Positions 1 through 14,300 of a stretch of DNA of 64,000 bases are shown one piece after another (the stretch's first letter is position 1; each line of letters begins with the position of its first letter). A model generated the notes under the pieces. That model searched no databases. It was not told the origin of the DNA and worked only from the letters and a program-made list of their open reading frames with translations. Source of the DNA: Gnetum montanum (taxonomy: Eukaryota > Plantae > Gnetophyta); the NCBI GenBank assembly GCA_015680685.1, contig MNCI01003240.1:889938-953937 (forward strand), in the 5' to 3' direction. A program made the translations under genes and the position numbers.

Positions 1-696
1 GTAACTAGACTCTTGTAGTTTGTTCCTACAAGAGTTAGAATATTTTCCAAGTGCCTGTAGTAGGTGTGAGAAAGATGTCCAACTCTTTATTCGAGTGCTA
101 ATGTACTTGAGCCCATTGGCGTGACCAACAATAAAGATAAGCTTTTTAAGCATTCCTTGCAGCATTTGGATTTAATCATTTAAGCATTTAAATAGTTTAA
201 TAATTTCTTAAGTCTTCATTGTTATTAATTTATGATTATTGCTCTTTTATATTTTGTAAAAACCATAAGTATGATCATCTTGAACGTAAACCCAACACTT
301 GGCAACCCAGTGACGCCTAACGTCTGGTAACCCAGTAGTGGTTAGGGGATGCTCAGGATGTGCATGGAAGATGGGATCGGTTGCTTATGCTAGGGAGAGT
401 TAAGAGATAGAATAGAACAATTATAGATTATGAAATATTCCATTTCTTACATTTCAAGAATTAGATTTTAGAACATAAAAAGAAAATCAATAAAAAATCA
501 TTTGCCTCAATCTCACTTAACCATCGTATTAGAACATCACAAGTGAGGTTGGGAAGACAATGACCATTCTAACATAAGGTTTTTCTAGCTAGAGTTTGGT
601 GTATGCAAGTGCTTACAATCTATGAAATTCGACAAAGTTGTGTGTGAACGCCCATGATTTATATGGTTGGGCATAGGGGTACCTCGCTGCTCATCA
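1..696 (+). mobile_element. 3' portion of an Athila-like Ty3/gypsy LTR, related to the LTRs at 35389-36237 and 41404-42260, inserted upstream of the copia gag
   Basis: Shares colinear blocks with those LTRs (ctttattcgag...ataaagat, ggtaacc...ggttaggg, ggaagacaatga) and ends in ggggtacctcgctgctcatca versus ggggtacctcgccactcatca. No PBS follows, so it is a 3' or solo LTR. Confidence 0.8.
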
Positions 697-811
697 CACA
701 GGGATTAAGAAAAGAAATATAATTTAATAGTTTCATTGTAAGGATATATGAATCTGTTTGAATTAAAATTTATCCGACAAGCAATTTTATGTCATTTGAT
801 TCATATTTTTC

Positions 812-3800
812 ATGATTTACATTGGTAAACATGTCTTATGGTATTTTAACCTCAAATTTAGTGACATAAGCATGTTTGATTATGTAGTTATACAACCTAT
901 AATCTACTTTAATTTTAAATGTGACATTTCTGAATTAAAGGGTGATAATTATAAGGTGTGGAAGGACAAAATTATTCTTCATTTAGGTTGGATGGACATT
1001 GATTATGCTATCCATAAGGATGAACCACTTGCTGTTACAACAATCAGTTGTTTGGATGATATTAGTAATTCTAAAAAATGGGAGAAATCTAATCACCTTT
1101 GTGTCATGTTCATAAAAACCAAGATCTCAGTTGGTATGTGTTGTTCACTAGAATAGTATGATAATGTGTGTGCTTTGTTAAAGTCCATTGTTGAATAAGT
1201 TGAGTCATCAGATAAGGCATTGGTGAACACCTTGATAATGAAGTTCTCATCCATAAATCTCACTGAAATTTGTGGGTTGCATGAGCATATCATGCAAATG
1301 AGGGATATAGTGGCTCAACTCAAAACACTTGAGGTTGAGATGTCAAAATATTTCCTTGTGCACTACATCTTAAACATGCTCCCACTACAGTACAGACCCT
1401 TTAAGATTTCTTATAACACACATAAGTACAAATGATTAATCAATGAACTAATGATCATGTATGTGCAAGGAGAGGGAAGACTTGCTATGGAAGTGAAACA
1501 GAGTGCGCATCTGGCTATACAAGGAAAGAATAAAGGATAAGCCAAAGGCAAGTGGAAGGTCAAATTACCTACACAAGCTAATATTAAAAAAGAATCCAGA
1601 TGTTTTTTCTGCAAAAGGAAAGGGCACATAAAGAAGGATTGCTCTAAATATTAGAAATGGCTTGAAAAGAAAGGTACTCAATTCTCACTTGTTTGTTTTG
1701 AATCTAATATGGTTAATGTTGGCCATGACACATGGTGGATTGATTTTGGTTCTACAATCCATGTTAACAATTCCTTGCAGGGGGTGAAAAACCTAAGGAA
1801 GGTAGTGGAAAGTGAGTCATGCATTTATTCAAGCAACAAGATGAGCTCACATGTGGAGGCAATCGAAACATGCATTTTAGTTTTAAGTAGTGGTTTTGTT
1901 TTAGAATTAGAAAAAACATTTTATATTCCAAATTTTTTAAGGAATTTAATTTTTGTTTCAAGGCTTGTATCATTGGGATTTTCCTTTAACTTTTCAGGCA
2001 CTATATTCAATTTATATTATAGATTTGAAGTTATTGGAAATGGTACATTGACAGATGGTCTTTTGAAAATTAATTTACAAAATGAAACTTCTTATATTTC
2101 TATGCATGTTCATGTTGGCATTAAGAGATATGTTATGAATGAAAAATCGTTTATGTTGTGGCATCATAGATTAGGACATATCTCTATTAAAAGAATAAAG
2201 AGATTAGTAAATGATGGAGTACTTAGTACTTTGGATTTTATTGACTTTGACACTTGTGTGGACTGCATAAAGGGAAAGTAGACCAATATGTTAAAGAAAG
2301 ATGTCAAGAGGAGTTTAGACATATTAGAGATCATACATACGGATATTTGTAGTCTAGATATGGATGTGTATGGTCAAAAGTATTTCATTACCTTTATTGA
2401 TGATTACTCACGATTTTTGTATCTCTACCTACTTCATAACAAGAGGGAATCTTTAGATGCCTTTAAGGTATTTAAGGTTGAAGTAGAGAAACAATGTGGT
2501 AAGCAAATATAGATAGTAATTTCTAATAGATGTGGTGAATACTATGGTAGATATACTGATGATGGACAATTATCTGGTCCATTTGCTAAGTTTCTTCAAG
2601 AGCATGGGATTGTTGCCCAATACACTATGCCTAGTTCTCCAGACCAAAATGGTGTGGCAAAAAGAAGAAATTGAACATTATTAGATATGGTGCAGAGTAT
2701 GCTTAGTGGCTCCAAGCTTTCTAAGTCCTTATGGACTGAAGCTCTCAAGATAGCAGTGTATATATTAAACCGAGTTCCAACCAAGGCTGTCCTAAAGACA
2801 CCATTTGAATTATGAAAAGGCTGGAAACCAATTTTGTGACATATATGTGTTTAAGGATGCCTTTCTGAAGTAAGAGTCTATAATCCACAAGAAAAGAAGC
2901 TAGACCCAAGGACCATAAGTGGGTATTTTGTTGAATATGTTGAATGGTCTAAGGAATATAGATTTTATTGCCCATCACATACTACTAGACTTGTGGAATC
3001 AAGGAATGCTAAATTTCTTGAGAATGACTTGATTAGTAGGAGTAGTAGATCTTGGAACATTATTCCTGAGATAGATCATACAGATGCTCAACCCACTATT
3101 TCAAATGATAGACTGATTGTTATGCACAATTCGCCTAGAGCACAAATGTGTACTGAAAAAAAATCGATCATTGACGTTCCACAGATTGCTGATCAAGAAG
3201 TAGTAGATCCATCTGAATACCAGATACTAGAACTTGTTGAACAGCCTATTCAGCATCATGATCCTCAAGAGAATGATGAACCAACATTAAGAGGATATAC
3301 TAGAGTAAGGAAATCAATGATTCCTAGTGACTATATGGTGCATCTATAGGATTTTGACTACAACATAGGAGCTAAAAATGATCTTGAAACATTTTCACAA
3401 GCCATGAGTTGTAAGGAAGCTAACTTGTGGTATGATGCCATGAAAGATGAAATGAACTCTATGTCATCTAATGGAGTCTGGGATCTTGTCAAGTTTCGTA
3501 ATGGTGTAAAATCCATTAGATGCAAATGGGTCTTCAAGACTAAGAAAGACTCATTAGACAACATTGAAAGATATAAGGCTANCTCATTTGGTTTTGAAGA
3601 AAACATCATGGATCAATGTATATACCAAAAGGTCAGTGGGAGAAAAATCTATTTCCTTGTTCTATATGTGGATGATATCCTTCTTGCAACCAATAATAGT
3701 GGATTTCTATACGAGGTGAAACATTTTCTCTTTAAGAATTTCAACATGAAGGATATGGGTGAGGCATCTTATTGCATTGGCGTACAAATCCATAGGGAAA

Positions 3801-4651
3801 GATCTAGATGTATTCTGGGATTGTCACAGGAAACCTATATTAATAAAGTTTTAGAGAGGTTTTAGATGAAAGATTGTTCACCAAGTATAGCATGCATTGT
3901 GAAAGGTGACAAGTTCAATTTGAACTAGTGCCCTAGGAATGATTTAGAGAAAAGTCAGATGAGAAACATTCCATATGCTTCAGTTATTGGAAGCCTTATG
4001 TATGCTTAGTTCTGCACAAGACTTGACATTGCATTTGTTGCAGAAATGTTGGGCAAATATTAGAGTAATCCATGTATTGACCACTGAAGGGTTGCAAAGA
4101 AAGTGATGAGGTACCTTTAAGATACAAAAGAATACATGCTTATGTATAAATGAACTGACTCCTTGGAGGTGACTCGCTACTCCAACTTAGACTTTGTTGG
4201 CTGTGTTGATTCATCGAAATCAACATCTAGTTATGTTTTTATGCTAGCTAAAGAAGCTATATCCTGGAGGAGTGGAAAGAAAATTTTGGTTGCTACTTCC
4301 ACCATGGAGGCAAAGTTCGTTTCTTTTTTTGAGGCTACTTCACATCATGTATAGCTAAAGAGTTTCATAAAAGGGCTTAGAATTGTGGATTTTATATCTA
4401 GGCCATTAAGAATGTTTTATGATAATTCAGCTGTTGTCTTTATGGCTAAGAATAATAAGAGTGGAAGTCGAAGTAAACACATTGACATCAAGTACTTAGC
4501 CATAAGGGAACACATTAAGGAAAGAAAAATGGTCATTGCACATATAAGCATTGAAATAATGATAGTTGATCCTTTGACAAAAAGGAATGCTACCAAAGGA
4601 TCATGTAGTTTGGATGGGACTTGGTTTCATAATGTAATTTTTTGTACGTAG
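812..4651 (+). pseudogene. Ty1/copia element 1 gag-pol pseudogene (probably TAR-like): gag, zinc knuckle, protease, GAG-pre-integrase, integrase, RT, RNase H
   Basis: Motifs GDNYKVWK..LHLGWMDIDYAI, CFFCKRKGHIKKDC, WWIDFGSTIHV, LWHHRLGHIS, LEIIHTDIC..YFITFIDDYSR, LVLYVDDILLA, SRSKHIDIKY. Many in-frame stops. Confidence 0.95.
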
Positions 4652-4926
4652 AACTTACAGTCTTAATGAAACTTATATTTAGTTGTGCTATTTTCTCATA
4701 TGGTTTGTGTATATAGTTATTAGAGAAAATACACATATGGCAAGACCTAGAATGAACATTGGGTTTATTCATAAAGTTAAGTTACCATATAAGGAATTAC
4801 ATTTGAATGATCATGCATTGTAATACATGAAAGATAATACTCACATTAAGAGAAACTATTGCCATGATTCATGCATTTATTTCTTGAACTCTAAACCTGA
4901 TTAAATATGGAGACCAAGTAGGAGAT

Positions 4927-5550
4927 TGTAGCATGTGTTTCCCACTAATGTGCTTGATGCATTAGTTAATGCACAAAAGTGGCCACCATGCCTACTAACG
5001 CGTTTTATGGATTAGTTAATATATGAAAGAGGCCACCATGCCCACTAACATGTTTTTATGGATTAGTTAATGCATGAAAGTGGCCACCATGCCCACTAAT
5101 GCATTTTATGGGTTAGTTAATGCATGAAAGTGGCTGCCATGCATGGCGACCATACCCACTAACATGTTTTTATGAGTTGGGTAACACATCAAGGTGGTCT
5201 CCATATCTAGTAATGCATTTTTTATGCGTTGGCATTGGGTCTCTTATGGTAATTAATTTCGTGACCTATAAATTTATTCTTGATGGGAGAACAAAGGCAC
5301 CATGAATCACATTGGGATTGCAGTTCCAGTCCCTTTCATAGATGCTTGAAGATTGCATACACCATCATTGTCGAGCACCTGTGTGAAAGAAGAATCAAAA
5401 CACAAAATTTAATCTGAGGCATCAATGACTGGAGGTTAGTTCCATTTGCTCAAGAATTATGCATTTCCAATTATTTATGCATGTGAATTTCTTGTGCCAT
5501 TTTCTTCCACATTTTGTACTTTGATTACTTGTGCCATCTGGTTTTCTACA
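4927..5550 (+). mobile_element. 3' LTR of copia element 1
   Basis: Preceded by PPT ccaagtaggagat; TGTAG...CTACA termini; TATA-like cctataaat near 5265. Copia-2 gag resumes right after it. Confidence 0.7.
4941..5185 (+). repeat. About 50-bp tandem repeat (4-5 units) in U3 of the copia-1 LTR
   Basis: Unit cccactaa..ttttatggattagttaatgcatgaaagtggccaccatg starts at 4941, 4991, 5041 and about 5092. Confidence 0.9.
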
Positions 5551-5559
5551 CAATTATTT

Positions 5560-8145
5560 TCTTACAAATCTAGCCCTTATCTTGCTAAAATCTCCTCCAC
5601 CGTAGTACAAGCCTCTTGCAACCACATTGCTCTATGGAAAGGATATCATAGAGTTGGAGATGGTGATTGTAACTCTTCTTTTAGAAGAAAGGATGATGGC
5701 CTTGGATATAGAAATGTCCAGAGAGGACTTGAAAACTAAAGGACGCATGATGGAGAGAGGTTTTGATAGATGTTTTTCTAGATCAAAGTCAAGATTTGGA
5801 AAAGGAAACAAGGAGGAGAAGAAGTGCTTCTACTGCCATAAGAAGGGACATTTCAAGCATGAATATCAAAAGCTGAAAGTAGATTGGGAAGCCAAGTAGA
5901 AAGAAGAAGATAACTCATCTTCTCAAAATGAGGTGAAGATTGTGGATAGAGAAACTTTAGAAAATGGATATGATATTCTTACAACTTCAAAGGCTTTTGA
6001 TAGTGGTGCTTGGATCCTTGATTCAAGGACTTCATGGCACATCACTCCCAATAGATCTGGTTCTAGACATATCAAGAAACTGAAGGGGAACAAATTTTGA
6101 TGGGAATAATGATGAGGCTAGAATTATTAGTGTTGGCACTATTTAGATTAGGACACATGATGGAGTTATGAGAACTTTCACAAATGTGAAGCATGCACCA
6201 AAGATGAGGAGAAGTTTGATTTCTCTTGGAGCTTTGAATGGTCTTGGCTACAAGTACAAAGGTGAAAATGGTCTCTAGAAAGTTTCCAAAGGTTCTCTTG
6301 TGGTGATGAAGGGAATGAAGCATGGAAATCTCTATAAGTTAATTAAAGAAATAGTGGTTGGAGAAGTAGATTTTGTAGTTGGGGAAGTTGCTACATCCAT
6401 GTTGTGGCATAGGTGACTTGGCCACATCAGTGAGCTTGGGTTAAACAAACTACTCAAGAAGAATATGATATTAGGAGTGCATAGAATAGAATACGACTTC
6501 TACAAGCATTGTGTGTATGGAAAGCAATGCAGGGCTAAGTTTGCAAGTAGCGAAATCGAGAGTAGAGACACCTTGGATCTTGTGCATAGTGATGTTTGGG
6601 GTCTAGATCCTCAAGTATCTTTGGAAGGCACAAGGTATTTATTTACCTACATTGACAATAAATCAAGAAAGGTATGGATCTTTTCTTTGAAAGAAAAATC
6701 TAATGCTTTTGAAAGGTTTAAAGTTTTTAAAGCCTTAGTGGAGAGGGGCACTAGTAGGAAGATTAAGTGTCTAAGGTTAGATTGTATAGGAGAATATATC
6801 TCAAAGGAGTTTGAGGTATACTACAAGTTTGAAGAAATCAAAAGGTATTTGATAGTTCTAGGTGCTTTATAGCAGAATGGTTTCATAGAAAAGGTGAATT
6901 GTACACTTCTGGAATGTGCTAGGAACATGATGATTTGTACATGGCTAGAAAAGGCATTTTGAATGGAGGTAGTTAATACAACATGTTAGTTGGTGAACAT
7001 GATTCCTTCTCTTGTAATTGATTACAAGACTTCAGATGAGATATGGAGTGGATCACTAGGGAGATATGATCATTTGAACTCCTTTGGCTACATGGTGGAT
7101 GTTTATATTCCAAGTGTCCAAAGAAGCAATGTAGAACCTAAATCCAAGCAATGTACATTTCTTGGATATGTAGATGGAACCAAGGGATACATGTTATGGG
7201 TTCCTATCTTTAAGAAGATATCAATTAGTAGGGATGTAGTATTTGATGAATCTTCTCCTTTAGAGAATAATGGATATGAATAGACTATAGAGGATCTTTC
7301 TCTAGAGGAAGTTTCTATGGAGCTGCAATCACTTGAAAGTAACATCAATAAGGAGAATAGAGAAGAGACTCAAGTGGAAGCACCTAAAGAAATGTAGACA
7401 TAAGTGGAGCTCAAAGGATCTTTACAGACAACCAAGGGCATTCTAGTAAGAAGGTTCCATGATGATTTTTCTTATCTTAATTTAATTGTAGATATAGAGG
7501 AGCCAATTTCTTATCAAGAGGCATTGAGAAGTGAATAGTGGAAATAGTGCCGAGTAGCCATGGAAAAATATATGTAATGTCTTTTTCAAAATGTATCTTG
7601 GAAAGCTATGCAATAGATTCTTAGGTATCTTAAAAGAACATCATGGCTATCTATTTGCTATAGTAGGGATAAAAAGGACTTAGCAGGCTATTGTGAATTG
7701 GACTCTGTAGGGGATTTGAATAAAAGAAAGTCTACATTAGGCAAGTGTTGATAATGGTATGAGGACTTGTTTCTTGGAAGTCCAAGCTTCAGTCAGTGGT
7801 GGCTCTTTCTACCATGGAGGTAGAATACATTATTGATTTGCAAGCTTGCAAAGAAGGGATTTGGTTGTAGAATTTCTTGAAGGATTTGTACAGGCATGAG
7901 GAGAATATTTCAATCTTCTATGATAGTCTAGAGTGCCATATTTTTGACATATAATATAACATTTCATGAAAGGTCCAAGTAGATCTAGGTGAAATACCAC
8001 TTTGTTTGCCAACAAGTGGAGGAAAGGTATGTAGATTTGCAAAAGGTTCACACTTTGATGAATCTAGCGAATACCTTAACAAAGCCTCTTTTGTTAAAGA
8101 AGTTTATGTGGTGCTTGAACTTCTTACAACTTCATCAAAGGTAGC
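5560..8145 (+). pseudogene. Ty1/copia element 2 (Tnt1/Tork-like) gag-pol pseudogene with most of RT deleted
   Basis: LALILLKSPPP*YKPLATTLLYGKD, KCFYCHKKGHFK, WILDSRTSWH, LDLVHSDVWG, KSKQCTFLGY, ISRDVVFDES. At about 7597 the RT start joins directly to WKAMQ*ILRYLK; RNase H motif VALSTMEVEY follows. Confidence 0.9.
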
Positions 8146-8211
8146 TAAGCAGCTAATATGGAGGATATGATGAAGGAGATACAAGGATAAATTTTGGCTT
8201 AAGGTGGAGCT

Positions 8212-8670
8212 TGTAATGATGTGAGCCAAAATTAAGAGTTTTAAAACTATGTATGCTAGTTTTCTATCTTCAGATTGTAATGCTCCTAGTTGTTTTGGGC
8301 ATTTATTCTTATCAATAAAGTAGGAGAATAGGAGTAGTTATCATCACTTCTTGTTTTAGGGTGTGCCTAAGTGCCATATAATATTGTAATGGGGTGTGTG
8401 TTGCATAAACAAGAAGAGTGAGGAGAGGCATAACTATAAGCAACTACTATATTTTAGTGTGGGTGTTTGTATGTTCCCTTCTTGCATCTGCTAAAGAGAA
8501 TCCTTCGAATGTAGGCACTTTGCCAAACCACATAAATCTCTGTTCTAATTTGCATTTATTTTTTCACTATTATTTTGATGTGTTTCTTGTTTTTATTCAT
8601 TGTATCACATTGAGCATTCTTCCTTCTATATGCTATTCAATCTTTGGATTTTTCCACAAATTTTGTTACA
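8212..8670 (+). mobile_element. 3' LTR of copia element 2
   Basis: PPT ttaaggtggagct, then TGTAA...TTACA termini, with the Tork-like internal motif gtaggcactttgccaaaccacataaatc. Confidence 0.75.
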
Positions 8671-10994
8671 TAGAGATCATTGGAATACGTTTATTAGTCA
8701 AAAATATAAAATGTAGTTTGATTCTAATTTTTTTATTCTTCTAAAATTCCTTATTGGATTGAATTAAAAAATCTTCCACTTATTATTCAAAGTGTTGAAA
8801 TTGAAATTGTTGTTAGCATTTGCACAATTCTCAAAATAGAGTCAAAAACATTATTAGATGGTGTGTAGTGGACCTGCTATTTTGTAAAGATTAATTTATG
8901 GTAGAGAAAGACAAAATTAAAGCTTAAGGTAGGTAATTAGTATTTTCTTTAGAAAATTACATATTATAATTTGCAAGGGGGCTATAGCTATTGTCATTAC
9001 ATACTACCACAAAAGGAAAAAAATGATTTATTTTGGCTTGTGGAAGGTTTTTGGTACATGGGTTTGGGACAAAGAGAGATTTTATTGTGGGTGTTTTGGG
9101 TAGGAAAAGAAGCATATATGAAGATTTTTAAAGGGCTTAGCAACTTTGTAAGGAAGTTTATTTAATTTTTCTTTCTATATGGCTATTCTATTTTGTTATG
9201 AATTTTGTACTCTTCTTCTTTAGTGCATGACTATCTTCTATTATTTTATTATTTTTATTATATTATGAGATTCAACTAAATTTCTGTTGTTTGAGGCTTG
9301 TTTTAAATTAAAGTTATATTGAATTTTTGTCCAAATCATTTTCTATCTTTTTATGATTTTTCTGGGATATGTGGGTAGGTTGCCCAACTTGCTTTTTGAA
9401 TATTTATGTCCTTAGGAGAGGATTTTGTGCAGATTTTGGAAAAATTTTGGAAAAGGGAAATAAAAAAATAGATAAGATAAAACATATATTGTGACCAAGT
9501 TTACTTAATTGGCAGTAGAAAATACAAATCTTTGAGATGCCCCTGTCTGCATGTTGTAGTGAGATGTTCCTTAGTGGACCTCACTCTATGGGAACAAGGG
9601 CTAGGATGAATTTTCAAACTTAGATTTTGATAAGTTTGTTCATGTATGGTTAAGAATTTATCCAAGACCATAACATTGAGTAGTTTAAGCTAATGATGTG
9701 TAGTGAAGTATACATAAGACCTATCTTTTTGAGGTGTATGCCATGGCCACTAAGGATGTTAGTAGTGAGGTTATTGCCAATACTTAGCCCTTAGGGACTC
9801 AAGCCACTAAGATAATTCAATGTTAATAGTGACGTTAGTTGGCTGAGAGGCCATTACCAGTCATATTTCGGTAACGTCAACTTTGTCCATAACGTTGACT
9901 AACGTTGACGTGTTATGAAAGGTTGCATTCATTGCAAAATAGAAATACATTTAGAAAGGTTGAGTAATACATTTAGAAAGGTTGCGTCCTCATTCCAAAG
10001 GTTATGTCCTGTTGAAAACCATAAATACACCTCATTATAGTTTGCGTTGGATTTGGGAGCACCTACTGAAGCGCAGTAAATCAGCAATGGGTACGCATGT
10101 CAGAATTTTTTTTGAAATTTTGTATATATAATAATAATAAGTCTCTTGTTAATATCAGTGCTCTGGTTACTATTGGTCATGGCTTCAACAATGTAGTGAC
10201 TGTGCCATTGCATATGCATACTCCTCTATTTATGAACTCATGTTAATCTTATTTGCATATACTGACGTATTGTTTAAAACATGGAATGACTCGGCTTTCA
10301 GCCAAGAGAGAGAATTTGTAATGAAATTTTATATATATACATTGAAATGATCACCTTGACATGCCTCGTATTATTCTTGCGTTGTTCTCGATGTCTGTTC
10401 TAAATCGTGTAGGAAAATCCTTTTTAGAAAATTCTGTAATATAATATACAGTTATCAATATCGTAGATTTCAATAGTAGTAGTGAACATTTATTCATATA
10501 GTGATTATAATCCCCATGACAGCAGTGAACATTTATAAGGATGATAATATAATATCGTTAGCGAGTTAAATACTAAATAGCGATAGATATTGTTACCTTT
10601 TTTTAAAAATAGTGCAGTATTATGGGTGATAGTCAGATAATTTAACAGGTTGGCAACTTCAAAGAATTGGGTAAAAAATGTCCGCAAGAAAAGGATTGGA
10701 TATGGCATGGCATGGTTGGGCAGGTAGGGTAGGGGATCCAATAATCAGAAAATTCACTTTGAAAATCATTATTTTTTTTATTGAAATGCAAATAATAAAA
10801 AAGTAGGGTGACTTAACTTAGATCAGTCAAAATTATAATGGCACCGCTGTTTTTTTTATAATATTATTTTTATTATAGGGTCCCTATGCTACCGGTGAAC
10901 ATTTAATTTGTGATTAATCCTTGTTTTAAAAAACATTATTTATTATTGCTATTAATTAGGCATTGTAGAAAATAGTAATTAATGTTAAACCTTA

Positions 10995-11183
10995 AACAAC
11001 TAATTTTTATTTTTAGGATTGGGTTATATTTAAAAACATATTGGGTGCCTTAGGTTTTTTTTTAAAAAAACAACTAATTTTTATTTTTAGGTTTTGGTTA
11101 TATTTAAAAACATATTGGGTGCCTTAGGTTTTTTTAAAAAAATAACTAATTTTTTATTTTTAGATTTGGGTTTTATTTAAAAT
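10995..11183 (+). repeat. About 72-bp tandem repeat (about 2.6 copies) just upstream of the Helitron TATA box
   Basis: Unit aactaatttttatttttagg..ggttatatttaaaaacatattgggtgccttaggtttttt repeated; cctataaata at 11221-11230. Confidence 0.85.
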
Positions 11184-11316
11184 TTAATACAACCCATAAT
11201 ACTATATAAGGATTCTCATTCCTATAAATACAGATCATGTAAACTGAGCGAGACAACGTCTTAGAGATCGAAGAAGAGAAGCTCGGCAAGGGGGAGATCC
11301 TTTAGAGTTGCAAAGA

Positions 11317-14300
11317 ATGGAACAAGATCGCTTACGTCAAAGAACGCATTGAGCAGAAATGAAGCAACAACAGGTGGAAGGAAGTGAGGTTTGTAGATGA
11401 AATTTTATTTTTGTTTTAGATGAAATTCATTTAATGTCTGATTTAATAAAGCTAAATATATTAGGTCACTTTGTATAATAATATTTCACAGAATGGAAGG
11501 GATCACAGAAAAGGACGAGGAAGAGGTCATGGATGTGGATGTGGATAAGGACGAGAACGCATAGATGAACATGAAAATCACTTAGCAGTCATTCTTATTG
11601 ATGAAAATTTTCATCAGCCTCAATTGCATCAAGAAGTTATTTCACATATAGGACGTGGTCATGGTTGTGATTGTGGTTGTGGTCATGGACGTGGTCATGG
11701 TCGTGGATTTGGTCAGATGTATTCAAATAATGATGATTTGATGGTCGAAGATGAATTACTTATAAATCCTATAGATATTGTTACTATAGAATGAAAACAT
11801 GCACAACAACATGAAAGACAAGAATGTTTTAGAAAATGAAAAAGACAAGTAGAAGTGGCAGAAATGTTAGATTTAGTTGTAAGACTGGATCAAGAATAGG
11901 CTCAGCCAAGATTGCGAATGGAACATCAACAAATATCTTTTGAACATATGAACAATCAGGTATCTTATCCAAATCTTCATAAGTCAAATACACAAATCAT
12001 GCATGTAATAANNNNNNNNNNNNNNNNNNNNNNNNNNNNNNNNNNNNNNNNNNNNNNNNNNNNNNNNNNNNNNNNNNNNNNNNNNNNNNNNNNNNNNNNN
12101 NNNNNNNNNNNNNNNNNNNNNNNNNNNNNNNNNNNNNNNNNNNNNNNNNNNNNNNNNNNNNNNNNNNNNNNNNNNNNNNNNNNNNNNNNNNNNNNNNNNN
12201 NNNNNNNNNNNNNNNNNNNNNNNNNNNNNNNNNNNNNNNNNNNNNNNNNNNNNNNNNNNNNNNNNNNNNNNNNNNNNNNNNNNNNNNNNNNNNNNNNNNN
12301 NNNNNNNNNNNNNNNNNNNNNNNNNNNNNNNNNNNNNNNNNNNNNNNNNNNNNNNNNNNNNNNNNNNNNNNNNNNNNNNNNNNNNNNNNNNNNNNNNNNN
12401 NNNNNNNNNNNNNNNNNNNNNNNNNNNNNNNNNTCCAGTTCTTCTAGGGAAAGAACTTGATTTGGTAAGAGCTTGGTTAGAAAATCCAACTGTTGAAAGT
12501 TCAGATTACGCACAATGGCCAACACTTTCAGAGTCACCCATCAATGAGTTCAACATAGTTGAAATTCTTCCAATGTCATTTCTAACGTTGTTTCCATGTG
12601 GAAAATGTGACTTCCTTACAAGAAGGTCTAAGGAAGTCATGTTACATGAATATGCTAGACATCTACTTCGATATAAGGATGGAAGATTTAGACGTCATAA
12701 AAGATTTAGATATCAAAAATTAATTACATTTACATTGCTAAATAACATTCATGTTTTTGACATCTTATGAACTAATTACATAGGAATTTTATTTTCATTT
12801 TCAAGTATCACATTTATAACATGATAAAGAGACATTGTGCATTGAAATCAACATGAGTATTCTTCAAAAAAAATATTACAGAAACACCATTAACAATCCA
12901 AGAATTATGTGAAGGACTACAAAATGCACCATCAGAGAATTTTGTTGATAATTTGATGAGATTTGGAACAACGATACGAGGAAAGCCTTCATACTAGAGA
13001 AAATGCAAAGCGCAGTTGTTTGATTTGATAAATAAGTTGGGTGCACCAACTGTTTTTTTTACTCTAAGTGTAGTAGATCTTTATTGGCCAGATCTATATA
13101 AGGTAATGCCTATAGAACCCCCACAAAATGTTTTTGTGATAAGAGAGTGGAAAATGAAAAATATTATTGAGAACCCACATATAGTTGTTGAGTTTATGCA
13201 TCTTCGACATAAGAAATTTTGAGAAATGATTTTATTTTAAGAATTTGATGTGGTTGATTACTAGATAAGATATGAATGGCAACTAGGGGATCACCACATG
13301 TCCATGGATTTCTTTGGATCAAGGGAGCTCCAAACATAGAAGAACTTGATTGGAATGACCCAGAAGCAGTTAGAAAGATGAGAGAGTTTTTTGATGAAAT
13401 AACAAATGCATGGAATAGTAGATTCAATCAAGATGGAATATCCAATGATGTAAGTTGTTTGGAATTTCTAAATATTTATTTTGAATGTTAAAAAATTGTT
13501 TAGGTTATTTGAAAAAACCATTATAAAAATTATATAAATCTTTCATTTGTAGATGCAACATGTTAATAATCCTAGGCATCCATGCGAAATTCAAAGTTAA
13601 CAGCTACAATTCATGGATCTTGACATTGATTATGATGAGCTCTTAAATTCAATTTAGCAACACACACAATGTAAGAGAGGAGCATGTTTAAGAATCCGAA
13701 ATCATATGCAAGTTTGCAGGTACAATTATATTTCTCTGAATACCTAGATTCTTATTTGCATCATGAATGTATGGGATCTAGGAAAATAATTTTATAACTT
13801 CAATTTATTACCTTAGGTATAATGTTCCATAGCCATTGCAAGCTCAATCAGATCTCTTTCAAGATCCATAAAAAAAAATCATGTTACATATGAACCACGT
13901 CGAAATGATCCAAGGTTGAATGTTCATAATAGAATGATCCTTCAAACATGGAGAGCAAACACAGACTTTCAACCGGTCCTTGAGAAATATGTTGTTATTA
14001 AATATATTGCAAAATATGCAGCAAAATATAAAAAGAAGTCAAGATGCTTTCATGATTTATTACTTCGTATTGTCAAATCTCGAAACCCCGAAGAAAACGC
14101 AATGACTGCATACAAAAGACTCATGATGGATGTTGCAGCTGATAGAGACATAGGTGCCATGGAGGTTTGTCATATGCTATATGAACTTTCATTAGTTGAA
14201 TGCAGTCGACTATTTGATACTATAAATGTGTCTAGAGATATGTACAAAAGAGTTATACCAGATCTAGATGGAGATGAGGAACCAGAACAATATACATCCC

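Noticed and set aside
3575-3590. Apparent deletion of the RT core in copia element 1 (RYKA joined to SFGF)
   Set aside because: The junction coincides with a single N, so it may be an assembly gap rather than a real deletion.
8700-11000. Helitron 5' terminus or subterminal repeats
   Set aside because: Short repeats exist (aacgttgac, acatttagaaaggttg twice) but no terminus can be defined from a single copy.
11912-12537. Long ORFs of 182 and 186 aa in the track
   Set aside because: They are artefacts of the N run at 12012-12433.
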